A stretch of 64,000 nt of DNA from Patescibacteria group bacterium (lineage in GTDB: Bacteria; Patescibacteriota; Patescibacteriia; 2-12-FULL-57-11). A program made the translations under genes and the position numbers. This document shows positions 9,138 to 17,214 of this stretch, piece by piece (position 1 is the stretch's first letter; every line of letters starts with the position of its first letter). The notes beneath the pieces are model-generated. The model made no database searches, was not told where the DNA came from, and saw only the letters and a program-made list of their open reading frames with translations. Location: NCBI GenBank assembly GCA_004297205.1, contig SCUL01000001.1:93862-157861 (forward strand). Direction: 5' to 3'.

Positions 9138-9479
9138 ATGCAGACGTTGACCGAGACCGCCCTGTCGAAGGGTGTCGTGTATCCGGACGGCACGCCGGTG
9201 CGGATCCGTCACGGGTGGATCATCATCTTCCACCTGCAGTGCGGAACGCTGGCTCTCGCCGAGGGCATGACCAAGGGCTATTGGGCGAAGCCCGACAGCC
9301 TGGTGGGAAAGGACGACAAGCTCCTGCTCTGCCCCGGCGGCTTCTCGACGGATGACCTGCCCGCGATGGTCCGCCTCGCGGAGCGGATCGCGGCACGGCA
9401 CGGGTGCGGTGTGAAGCGCGTCACGCTCCCGTCCACGACCGTCGTCGCCTTCGATCTCGTCGCCTCCGCCGCGGCCTGA
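9138..9479 (+). CDS. hypothetical small protein (113 aa)
   Basis: Strong RBS AGGAGGA 6 nt upstream of the ATG. The sequence MQTLTETALSKGVVYPDGTPVRIRHGWIIIFHLQCGT has protein-like composition. This is the only real part of track ORF 8529..9479. Confidence 0.55.
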   Translation: MQTLTETALSKGVVYPDGTPVRIRHGWIIIFHLQCGTLALAEGMTKGYWAKPDSLVGKDDKLLLCPGGFSTDDLPAMVRLAERIAARHGCGVKRVTLPSTTVVAFDLVASAAA

Positions 9480-9505
9480 ACCCGCACGGACGCTCCCCGG
9501 CTTCA

Positions 9506-9545
9506 GTCGAGCCAAGCTCGACCGCGGCCGGCTCTTTTTTATGAG
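9506..9545. terminator. bidirectional terminator: hairpin GTCGAG-ccaag-CTCGAC plus a GC-rich stem, then TCTTTTTT
   Basis: Lies between the convergent small ORF (+) and ribH (-). There is a T-run on the plus strand and an A-run-equivalent on the minus strand. Confidence 0.5.
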
Positions 9546-9558
9546 AAAAGCCCCGGCA

Positions 9559-10026
9559 TCAGCCGAGGCTTCCGACCGCGGCAAGCATCTCCAGCGCCAC
9601 CTTGGCCGCTTCCCGCCCGCGGTTCATCTCCCCCGGACCGCTGCGCTCCTCCGCCTGCTCGCGCGTAAAACAGGTGATGACGCCGAAGACACAGGGTTTT
9701 CCGTGGCGAAGCCCGACCTGCATGATGCCGGAGGCGGCGGCCCGGCTAATGTATTCAAAATGCGGCGTGTCGCCTTGGATGAGCGCGCCCAGGCAGATCA
9801 CGGCGTCCGCGGCTTTGGCGGCAAAAAGCCGGTCGGCGGCCAGCGGCACTTCAAACGAGCCCGGCACTTCGACGACGCGGACCTTCTCCTGCGGGATGCC
9901 CGCTTCGCCGAGCGCCTCGAGCGCCCCGGCAAGCAATGCCGCGGTGATGTCCTCGTTGAAACGCGCCCGGACGATGGCGACGCGAACGTCGGCACTGCGC
10001 ATCTTTTGGAAGGTATTGTGTTTCAT
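9559..10026 (-). CDS. ribH: 6,7-dimethyl-8-ribityllumazine synthase
   Basis: 155 aa. VAIVRARFNEDIT...VPGSFEVP...ICLGALIQGDTPHFEYI are lumazine synthase motifs. Confidence 0.9.
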   Translation of the reverse strand: MKHNTFQKMRSADVRVAIVRARFNEDITAALLAGALEALGEAGIPQEKVRVVEVPGSFEVPLAADRLFAAKAADAVICLGALIQGDTPHFEYISRAAASGIMQVGLRHGKPCVFGVITCFTREQAEERSGPGEMNRGREAAKVALEMLAAVGSLG

Positions 10027-10083
10027 ATGTGAGGCCTACGAAAGTACGAACGACCGCGAAAATACGAATTCGTAGTTTTGTTG

Positions 10084-10692
10084 CTATTCGTAATTTCGTA
10101 GGACCCGTTTCACCGTGTCCACGATCGCCTGCGTCTGGCGGTCGATTTCCAGATTGACGCGCTCCCCCACTTTCCGCGATCCGAACGTGGTGAGACGCAG
10201 CGTTTCCGGAATCAGATGGACGGTGAAGATCGTATCTACGGGATCGACGACGGTCAGCGAGCAGCCGTCGAGCGCGACGAAGCCCTTGGGCAGGATGTAC
10301 GGCACGAGCGCGGCATCGACGCGGAACGTGATGCTGCGGTTGTTCGGTCGTTCCTCGACCGCGACGATCTGCGCCATGCCGTCGACGTGTCCGGACACGA
10401 TGTGGCCGCCCAGCTCGTCGCCGATTTTATACGACCGTTCGACGTTCACGGTATCGCGCATGGCCAGCGTGCCGATGGTGGTTTTCTTGAGCGTCTCGTC
10501 CATGGCGTCGAACCAGACGTCGCCGCCGTCGAGGTGCGTCACCGTCAGACAGACGCCGGCCACGGCCACGCTCGCCCCGGGCTGGAGTCCAGCATGCAGC
10601 TCGGACGGCAGGGATACGGAAAAGCGACGCAGACCGGATTTCTCCTCGATGTGCGTGATCGGATAGTGGCCTTGGACGATCCCCGTGAACAT
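10084..10692 (-). CDS. ribE: riboflavin synthase alpha chain
   Basis: The internal start MFTGIVQG is the canonical riboflavin synthase N-terminus, and the protein has two lumazine-binding repeats. Confidence 0.85.
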   Translation of the reverse strand: MFTGIVQGHYPITHIEEKSGLRRFSVSLPSELHAGLQPGASVAVAGVCLTVTHLDGGDVWFDAMDETLKKTTIGTLAMRDTVNVERSYKIGDELGGHIVSGHVDGMAQIVAVEERPNNRSITFRVDAALVPYILPKGFVALDGCSLTVVDPVDTIFTVHLIPETLRLTTFGSRKVGERVNLEIDRQTQAIVDTVKRVLRNYE

Positions 10693-10693
10693 A

Positions 10694-11050
10694 TCAACCA
10701 AATGCCGCGCGGGCATCTTCCACGTCTTTTTTGATCTGCGCAACCAACGCCGCCTCGTCCGTGAACGTCAGCAGATCGCGGAGTCTTTTGCCGATCGAGA
10801 CGGCGACCGTCTTGCCGTACAGCTCGCCCCTGAAGTCGAGCAGATGCGCCTCGAGCGACGGATGCCCGTTCACGTCGTCCGTCCACATGCCGACCACGGC
10901 CAGCGCCTGGTGGACGGCGGTGCCGACGAGCACATGGGCCAGGAACACGCCGGGTGAAAGCCCCGACGTCTCGTGCGCGATGTTGGCCGTCGGATAGCCG
11001 ATGCGGCGGGCTTCCCCTTTGCCGCGCACCACGACCCCGCGGACGGTCAT
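10694..11050 (-). CDS. monofunctional riboflavin kinase (RibF C-terminal-like domain only, no FAD-synthetase domain)
   Basis: 118 aa. GKGEARRIGYPTANI matches the riboflavin kinase motif GxGRGxxLGFPTAN. The stop is 1 nt from the ribE start. Confidence 0.75.
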   Translation of the reverse strand: MTVRGVVVRGKGEARRIGYPTANIAHETSGLSPGVFLAHVLVGTAVHQALAVVGMWTDDVNGHPSLEAHLLDFRGELYGKTVAVSIGKRLRDLLTFTDEAALVAQIKKDVEDARAAFG

Positions 11051-11688
11051 ACCTGGGCCGGCGGCTTTTTGTCCCGTGCGTCGTCACGGGACCCCCCGAG
11101 CTCGCGTCTGATGATGCGGACGGCTTTGCGCAGCAGGCCGACCGTGTTCGGATAAATCGGGACGCGGTGGACGCGGTTGAGCGGCACCCAGTCGAGTTTG
11201 TGGATCATCTCCTCTTTCTGCGGCCGGCCGCGGCTGCCCGACGTCGCCTCCAACAAGTAGTAGGTGATGAACTTGTGTACCAGCGCGCCTTTGTGTTCGA
11301 AACGGTCGCGGAACCAGATGTCGGTCGTGCCGAGTTTGGACACCACTTTCAGACCGGCCAGCCCCATCTCCTCTTCCGTTTCGCGGACCGCGGCTTCTTC
11401 CAACGTCTCCCCCTTGGCCATTTTGACGTGGCCCTTGGCGAACGACCATTTGCCGTGCGAATCCAAAATGAAGCCGACGTACGGCCCGTCCGGCCGACGC
11501 TGAAAGACGATCCCGCCCGCGGTGATTTCCACGCGGGCCTGTTCGCCCGGCTTGCGCGCCGGCACCCGCCGGCGGCGCGGCCTAGCGCCCGCTCCGTGCC
11601 GTCCCTGCGGCGATGAGTTCGAGCGCTTTTTCGAGTTGGGGGTCTCGGTCGGCATCAATGTCTTCTTTGGTGTATTCAACCTTTTCAT
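11047..11688 (-). CDS. NUDIX hydrolase. True start is probably downstream of the annotated one (in-frame GTG near 11532 or an internal Met).
   Basis: Nudix box GHVKMAKGETLEEAAVRETEEEMGL. The K/R-rich N-terminal ~50 codons overlap the 3' end of the Ctp gene and are probably not translated. Confidence 0.7.
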   Translation of the reverse strand: MKRLNTPKKTLMPTETPNSKKRSNSSPQGRHGAGARPRRRRVPARKPGEQARVEITAGGIVFQRRPDGPYVGFILDSHGKWSFAKGHVKMAKGETLEEAAVRETEEEMGLAGLKVVSKLGTTDIWFRDRFEHKGALVHKFITYYLLEATSGSRGRPQKEEMIHKLDWVPLNRVHRVPIYPNTVGLLRKAVRIIRRELGGSRDDARDKKPPAQV

Positions 11689-12868
11689 CCGGAGCGATAC
11701 CCGTTTCGTTGATGGTCCGTCCCTTGGGCGTCAACCATTCGGCGATGGTCAGCTTGAGCGCGCCGCCGTCGGACAGCTCTTCGTAATCCTGGACGGATCC
11801 CTTGCCGAAGGTCTGTTCGCCCACGAGCGTGGCGAGCTCCGCGTCCTGGAGCGCGCCTGCCACGATTTCCGAGCCGGAAGCGCTGCCGCCGTTGACGAGC
11901 ACGACCGTGGGGAACTCCGCCAGCCGGGCGCGCACCGCCGCGTCAAACGGCTCGTCGTTGCCGTCGCTGCGCCGTTCGATCACGACCGTGCCGCGGCCGA
12001 TCCACTCGCCGGCCACGTCGACTGCGGCGTCCAGGTAACCGCCGGGGTTGTTGCGCAGGTCGAGGATGACGGCGACCGGCTTCTGGCGCGTGAATTCGCG
12101 GATGGCCTTGTCGAAGAGCGGCACCGTCTCCTCGTTGAACTGGCGCATCTCCACATAGGCGACGTTGCGCCCGTCCGTGGTGCGCTTCATCTCCCAGGTC
12201 ACCGATTTCACGACGATGACGTCGCGCACGACCGACACTTCGAACGGTTCACCGCCGTTGTTCTCGCGGAACAGCAGGAGCTTCACGGTCGTCCCTTTCT
12301 CGCCGCGGATAAGGTCCACGGCCTCGTCCACGGTCATGCCGCTCGTGTCCGAGTCGTCGATGCGCAGGATCATGTCGCCGGCTTTGATGCCGGCGCGCGC
12401 CGCCGGCGTGTCGGAGAGCGGGGCGATCACCACGATACGCTCTTCACGCATGCCGATCTCGGCGCCGATACCGCCGAAGGTGCCCTTGAGGTCGTTGGAG
12501 AATTCCTCGGCCGACTCCGGATCGAAGTACACGGAGTACGGATCGCCGAGCGAGGCCACGATGCCCGCCAGCGCGCCGCGGAACAATTCGCCCTCGCTTA
12601 CCGGCTGGTGCACGTACTTGCGGCGGATGTCGTCCCAAATCTTCCAGAACAGGGTGAAGTCGACGTCGTCCGGCAAGCCGCGTCCCTCAGCCAATGCGCG
12701 GCGGGCCGCGACGGCTTCGGATTCGGCACGGTCGGCGCCGCGCTTCTCGCCGACCAGCACGCCGGCCACGAAACCGCCGGTCCCCAGAAGCAGGACCAGA
12801 TAGATCGTGACCAAGCTACGCAATAGCCGCGTCCCCCGTTTTGAGGGCGGGACTCCGGGTTCGTTCAT
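11582..12868 (-). CDS. C-terminal processing peptidase (S41 family, Ctp/Prc-like) with an N-terminal TM anchor and a PDZ domain
   Basis: LDLRNNPGGYLDAAV and NGGSASGSEIVAG are S41 motifs. The track start at 12874 appears to be TTG, and the first ATG is 2 codons in. Confidence 0.85.
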   Translation of the reverse strand: MNEPGVPPSKRGTRLLRSLVTIYLVLLLGTGGFVAGVLVGEKRGADRAESEAVAARRALAEGRGLPDDVDFTLFWKIWDDIRRKYVHQPVSEGELFRGALAGIVASLGDPYSVYFDPESAEEFSNDLKGTFGGIGAEIGMREERIVVIAPLSDTPAARAGIKAGDMILRIDDSDTSGMTVDEAVDLIRGEKGTTVKLLLFRENNGGEPFEVSVVRDVIVVKSVTWEMKRTTDGRNVAYVEMRQFNEETVPLFDKAIREFTRQKPVAVILDLRNNPGGYLDAAVDVAGEWIGRGTVVIERRSDGNDEPFDAAVRARLAEFPTVVLVNGGSASGSEIVAGALQDAELATLVGEQTFGKGSVQDYEELSDGGALKLTIAEWLTPKGRTINETGIAPDEKVEYTKEDIDADRDPQLEKALELIAAGTARSGR

Positions 12869-12978
12869 ACGCAAAAAACGGCAACCGACGAAAAAGAGAT
12901 CGCCCGCAGTGTATCAAAACGGGATCCGCTGGCAAGCCGGGATTCGGGTGAATAACGTTATCCACACCCACCTCTTGC

Positions 12979-12993
12979 GTTCGGTTTCTGTTC
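12979..12993. promoter_or_regulatory. candidate LexA/SOS box, direct-repeat type GTTC-N7-GTTC
   Basis: gcGTTCggtttctGTTCgg lies ~45 nt upstream of the lexA ATG. Confidence 0.4.
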
Positions 12994-13005
12994 GGAAGAT
13001 ACTAC

Positions 13006-13020
13006 GAACAAGAACCGAAC
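13006..13020. promoter_or_regulatory. second candidate LexA box GAAC-N7-GAAC (same motif, opposite orientation)
   Basis: ctacGAACaagaaccGAACata lies 15 nt upstream of the lexA ATG. Confidence 0.4.
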
Positions 13021-13034
13021 ATACCCCCACGCCC

Positions 13035-13643
13035 ATGCTCACCAAAAAACAGAAGGCCATCCTCGACTACATCATCTCCTTCACCCAGGAGAACGACGGG
13101 CCGCCCAGCTACCGGGACATCGCCGACGCGGTGGGGCTCTCCTCCCCTGCCACGGTCCACGAACACGTCGACAACCTCCGTTCCAAGGGCTACCTCGTGA
13201 ACGAAGGCGACGGACGCGCCGCCACGGTCAACCCGACCTTCCTGCGCTTCGGCCGGGCGCTCGAACTGCCGCTGGCCGGCCTCATCACCGCCGGCTCCCC
13301 GATCGAAGCCGTGCAGGACACCAATGAGACCTTCGCCGTGCCGGCCAAGCTCGTGGTCGACGGCGCCAACTCCTACGTCCTCAAAGTCAAAGGACGCTCC
13401 ATGATCGAAGACGGGATCCTCGACGGCGACTACGTGGTCGTGGAGCGCAACCCCTCGCCCAAGAACGGCGACGTGGTGGTGGCCCTGCTCGACAACGCCT
13501 ACGCCACGCTCAAACGCTTCTACCGCGAACCGACCCGCATCCGCCTGCAGCCCGCCAACCGCGAGATGGAACCGATTTATGTGAAAGACGTGATCGTCCA
13601 AGGAGTCGTCCGCGCTGTCATCCGCCAGTTCGCAACGTCATAA
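13035..13643 (+). CDS. lexA: LexA repressor (SOS regulator)
   Basis: MLTKKQKAILDYI...PPSYRDIADAVGLSSPATVHEHV (winged HTH) and ...AGSPIEA...VKGRSMIEDGILDGDYVVV (S24 peptidase with Ser/Lys dyad). The start was moved to the internal Met, because the track N-terminal extension is K/R-rich junk. Confidence 0.85.
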   Translation: MLTKKQKAILDYIISFTQENDGPPSYRDIADAVGLSSPATVHEHVDNLRSKGYLVNEGDGRAATVNPTFLRFGRALELPLAGLITAGSPIEAVQDTNETFAVPAKLVVDGANSYVLKVKGRSMIEDGILDGDYVVVERNPSPKNGDVVVALLDNAYATLKRFYREPTRIRLQPANREMEPIYVKDVIVQGVVRAVIRQFATS

Positions 13644-14238
13644 CGGCGAACGGCGTCCCGCAGCGGCCGGAGCGGGACCCGTGAGCCGTCAAAATCGTTT
13701 ATTCATCGCCTGTCCCGACCTGCCTACCGGCAGGCAGGCAGGCGCGTGTTTCCTGCACCCTCATATGTCACTCGCCCTCACCAACCGCTCCCGCCTCTTC
13801 TGGCCGCCGTTGAAGCGCGCGCTGCACCGCCCGGCCGCCCGCGAATACCGCGTCCATCGCCATGACAGGCGCTTCGAACGCTATTGGCACCGGCTGATGC
13901 GCCGCCACCGCCGTTTCGCCATCCTGCGCCGTCTCCCCTCTCTTCCTGCCGCCGTCCGCCGCGGCATACCCTCCGAATTCGGCGACCAAGGCGCATATCG
14001 GTTGATGCCGAATGCCATCTAGCTTCATTACCCAACGAGGCGGGGCGGCTGCGGATCGATGCGCGTCGCATTCCCGCGCCAGCGGGGCCGTCGCAGTTGG
14101 TCGAACATCCGCAACTAGGAATTGCACGGAGTCGGATGCGACCCGACGGCACCTATGCGACGCGCGGAGAGACGCAGCCGCCCCGCCGAGCGCCGCTCCA
14201 TGAATCGGAGAGTCGCGCGCGAAAAAAAATCACGCATT

Positions 14239-14490
14239 ATGCAAACCCTGTGTGACGATCCCGTCTCCGTCGTCGTGGCCTTCACCGATGACGGCAAGGT
14301 CCGACCATGGAAAATCCGCTGGGGCAACGCCCTGTACCATGTCCGGCGGGTCAACATGGTCCACGGCAGCCGCGAAGGCCGCACCCGCATCTTCTACTTC
14401 TCCTGCTCAAACGACACCAACGCCTGGAAACTGCGCCTCGACACGGAAACGCTGGAATGGCGGATGGTCGAACATTACGCAGGAGCATGA
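14239..14490 (+). CDS. hypothetical small protein (83 aa)
   Basis: MQTLCDDPVSVVVAFTDDGKVRPWKIRWGNALYHV... has protein-like composition. It sits downstream of lexA, and the N-terminal part of the track ORF is R-rich junk. Confidence 0.4.
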   Translation: MQTLCDDPVSVVVAFTDDGKVRPWKIRWGNALYHVRRVNMVHGSREGRTRIFYFSCSNDTNAWKLRLDTETLEWRMVEHYAGA

Positions 14491-14573
14491 TTGGTCGGGT
14501 CCCGGCATGGACCGATCAATAAAAAGAAGCGGTGACACGGGTCACCGCTCGGCTGCGGCCGACGCGTGGTGCG

Positions 14574-16049
14574 TCAGGTCGCGGGGAGTCGCTTGAAGTC
14601 GTCGCGGACGACGAACTGCTCGTAGATGGCGTCCTCTCCCTCCTGCACCCAGTCTCGCCAGACGAAGCAGGACTCGAAGTCCGGATGGAACTTCTTCGTC
14701 TCGGCGTTCCGGATGTGCGGGACGCCCATCTGGAGGAGCATCTCCGGAAGCGAGGCGTTGATGCCTGCCATCTTCTTCGTCGCCTCCTGGACCGTGCGGT
14801 AGGCCTCCTCGGCAGGCATCCCCCGCTCCTTGAGGAACATCTCCACGCGCTGCGAGGCGATCGCGCCGCGCGTCATCTCCAGATTGGCGGCCATCCGCTG
14901 CGGGAAGACCTCCAACCCGTCGACGATGCCCGCGAAGCGGCGGAGCACGTAGACCAGCAGTCCGAAGGCGTCGGGGAGCGCCATGCGCTCCACCGAGCTG
15001 TGGCAGATGTCACGCTCGTGGCGCGTGTCCACGTTCTCCATGGTCGGCGTCGCCTGAGCGCGGATCTCGCGACACAGTCCCCGGATGTTCTCGAGACCGA
15101 TCGCGTTCCGCTTGTGCGGCATCGCGCTCGACCCCTTCTGATCCGGTGCGAACGGCTCGCAGACCTCCGCGATCTCGGTCCGCGTCAGGTCGTGGAGGTC
15201 GCCGGCGATCTTCTCGATCACCGCGGCGATCTCCGCGCAGGTGTTCACGAACTGCGCCAGCCGGTCGAGCGGCACGATCTGGGTGGCGATCACGGGCGGG
15301 AGCCCGAGGATCTCACCGACCCGCTTCTCGATGCGCGGCTTGAGCGTGGTGAAGAGGCCCACAGCCCCCGCCAGCTTCATGACCTCCGCTTCGAGGCGGG
15401 ACGCCGCGAAACGCGTTCGCGCCCGGAGGATCATGTCCAGATACCACAGGCACTTCACCCCGAAGGTGATGGGCTGGGCGTGCTGAACATGGGTGCGACC
15501 GACCATGAGCGTGCCACGGTGCGCCGACGCCTGCTTCCAGAGAGCCAGCGCGAGCGCCGCCAGGGCGGCGTCGATGATGTCGGCCGTACGGCGCAGGAGA
15601 AGCCCCTTGGCCGGCTCCTGCGTGTCGTACGACGTCATGCCGTCGTGGAACAGCCCGGCCTCCCGGCAGGTCACCTGGTCGAGCTGCGCCTTGAACTCGA
15701 CGTTCCAGGCCTTCTCGATAGCTTTGGGCGCCGCGCCCTCCCCGGTGAGCCGGGCGGCGATCTCATTGCACGCGGCGAGCGCGACCTCGAAGCGGCCGCC
15801 GATCTGCAGGCGCATCACCTCGATGAAGGCGTTGAGATCGTGCCTGATCCACTCGTCTCGGCGCTCCATGACGCCGACGACCACCGGATCAATCCAGGTG
15901 CGACGACGGACGTAGTCCGTCGTCTCGGCCGGGATCTCGTCGAACTCCTCGCGCGCCTGGAGAACAGCGATCTCCGTATCGCGCCAGGCGCCGAACTTGC
16001 TGACGTTCTCCCAAAGCTCCTGCACTTCGGTTTCGTACCGCGGAATCAT
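14574..16049 (-). CDS. purB: adenylosuccinate lyase
   Basis: GSSAMPHKRNAIGLE matches the fumarate-lyase signature. The start was placed at MIPRYETEVQELW, with GGAGGAGGA 6 nt upstream. Confidence 0.9.
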   Translation of the reverse strand: MIPRYETEVQELWENVSKFGAWRDTEIAVLQAREEFDEIPAETTDYVRRRTWIDPVVVGVMERRDEWIRHDLNAFIEVMRLQIGGRFEVALAACNEIAARLTGEGAAPKAIEKAWNVEFKAQLDQVTCREAGLFHDGMTSYDTQEPAKGLLLRRTADIIDAALAALALALWKQASAHRGTLMVGRTHVQHAQPITFGVKCLWYLDMILRARTRFAASRLEAEVMKLAGAVGLFTTLKPRIEKRVGEILGLPPVIATQIVPLDRLAQFVNTCAEIAAVIEKIAGDLHDLTRTEIAEVCEPFAPDQKGSSAMPHKRNAIGLENIRGLCREIRAQATPTMENVDTRHERDICHSSVERMALPDAFGLLVYVLRRFAGIVDGLEVFPQRMAANLEMTRGAIASQRVEMFLKERGMPAEEAYRTVQEATKKMAGINASLPEMLLQMGVPHIRNAETKKFHPDFESCFVWRDWVQEGEDAIYEQFVVRDDFKRLPAT

Positions 16050-16089
16050 GTTGTCCTCCTCCCCTCTTGTGGGGCGCCGCCACCCTACC

Positions 16090-16445
16090 GAAATCACCAT
16101 AAAAAAGAAACGGCCACTCTCACAGGAGAGCAGCCGCGACGGCCTCGATGGCCGCGATGATGCCGAGCGGTCAACGACCGAAGACGACGGCGGCCCAGAC
16201 GACCGATGCGACCGCCGCGCCGATCAGGAAGCCGTAGAACAACTGGCTCGTGACGACGTCGCGCGCGTTCTGCTTGAGTTGGTCGCGGGCGATCGCCAGC
16301 ACGTCCCGCCAGGTGAGTCGGAACATATCCGTATTCCTCCTTTCTGTCGCACGGACAGTCCGTTCTACCACAAAACCGCCTCCTCGTCAACCATGCGCCG
16401 CTTCATTTTCCACATCGACATGAATTCGTATTTCGCCTCGGTGGC
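16090..16445. repeat. tandem segmental duplication, copy A (~355 nt): 3' end and terminator of the membrane-protein gene, a decayed gene copy, and a dinB 5' fragment
   Basis: The ~80-nt block aatcaccataaaaaagaaacggccactctcacaggagagcagccgcgacg... and the 54-nt block atgcgccgcttcattttccacatcgacatgaattcgtatttcgcctcggtggc both recur in copy B. The interior is ~75-85% similar. Confidence 0.7.
16171..16326 (-). pseudogene. decayed paralog fragment of the downstream aromatic-rich membrane protein gene
   Basis: The 51-aa ORF MFRLTWRDVLAIARDQLKQ... shares its N-terminus with MFQFTWRDALSLVWDRL... of the 16476..17093 gene. After its TGA, the in-frame remnant PLGIIAAIEAVAAALL matches the paralog C-terminus GLLGIIAAVEVVAAALL. 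It still has an RBS AGGAGGA. Confidence 0.45.
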
Positions 16446-17214
16446 GGAATCACCATAAAAAAGAAACGGCCACTCTCACAGGAGAGCAGCCGCGACGACC
16501 TCGACGGCCGCGATGATGCCGAGCAGGCCGATCGCCAGCCCTGCGCCGCGCAGACCGCGCGGAGCGAACGCCGCGAGCACCAGGACCCGCAGCAGCATGA
16601 GCGGATAGTCGCTCGGGACCGGTCCCCACCAGTCGGCGTGCCACCAGATGTGCTCCGGGGCGAACCGGCCGAGCCCGTAGTGGGGGTTCCAGACGAACCA
16701 CAGGAAGTCCTCAAGGACCGCCAGCAGGTGCGACCACATCAGCGCCTCGGCCGCCCGGGACCAAGTGATCTTCACCCCGAAACAGAACGGGATGAAGAAC
16801 AGCAGGTTCCAGAGCGCGAAAGCGAAGACGTGGTAGCCGGTCATGGGTTTGCCGCCCATGGCCGCATCCCACAGCCGCGCGTACCACTCGTGTCCTTCCG
16901 GCCGCCAGCAGGGCAGCTCGCCGGCCCAGCCGTGCGCGCCCTCGATCTGGATCTCGAGGCCGGCGACGACCGTGGCCAGCACCGCCACGCAGGCGGCGCG
17001 CAGGATCATCTCGTTGCGGCCCTCGGCGTCCAGCCGGGGAACCAGGCGGTCCCAGACCAGGCTGAGTGCGTCCCGCCAGGTGAATTGGAACATGTCCGCT
17101 TCCTCTCTTTCTTTGCGTACGGACCGCGCCTTGTACCACAAAAATGTTTCCCCGTCAACCATGCGCCGCTTCATTTTCCACATCGACATGAATTCGTATT
17201 TCGCCTCGGTGGCC
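16446..17214. repeat. tandem segmental duplication, copy B (~770 nt), containing the intact membrane-protein gene and the true dinB start
   Basis: See copy A. The junction is ...gcctcggtggc|ggaatcaccat... Confidence 0.7.
16476..17093 (-). CDS. hypothetical Trp/aromatic-rich polytopic membrane protein (205 aa)
   Basis: Internal start MFQFTWRD with RBS GAGAGGAAG. W-rich segments such as HIWWHADWWGPVPSDYP. The upstream 77 codons of the track ORF overlap the dinB 5' region and are probably not translated. Confidence 0.6.
   Translation of the reverse strand: MFQFTWRDALSLVWDRLVPRLDAEGRNEMILRAACVAVLATVVAGLEIQIEGAHGWAGELPCWRPEGHEWYARLWDAAMGGKPMTGYHVFAFALWNLLFFIPFCFGVKITWSRAAEALMWSHLLAVLEDFLWFVWNPHYGLGRFAPEHIWWHADWWGPVPSDYPLMLLRVLVLAAFAPRGLRGAGLAIGLLGIIAAVEVVAAALL

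Noticed and set aside
12807-13034. N-terminal 76-codon extension of the lexA ORF
   Set aside because: It is K/R-rich with no homology to LexA, it overlaps the divergent Ctp start, and the canonical LexA N-terminus MLTKKQKAILDYI begins at 13035.
16171-16326. 51-aa ORF with a good RBS as an independent small membrane-protein gene
   Set aside because: Its N- and post-stop C-terminal segments both align to the intact 205-aa paralog in the adjacent duplicate. It is therefore better explained as a decayed duplicate, annotated as a pseudogene.
17094-17160. LexA box upstream of dinB
   Set aside because: Only half-site-like matches were found (GTTC-N7-AAAC in copy A, GTAC...GTTT in copy B). This is too weak to call without a genome-wide motif model.
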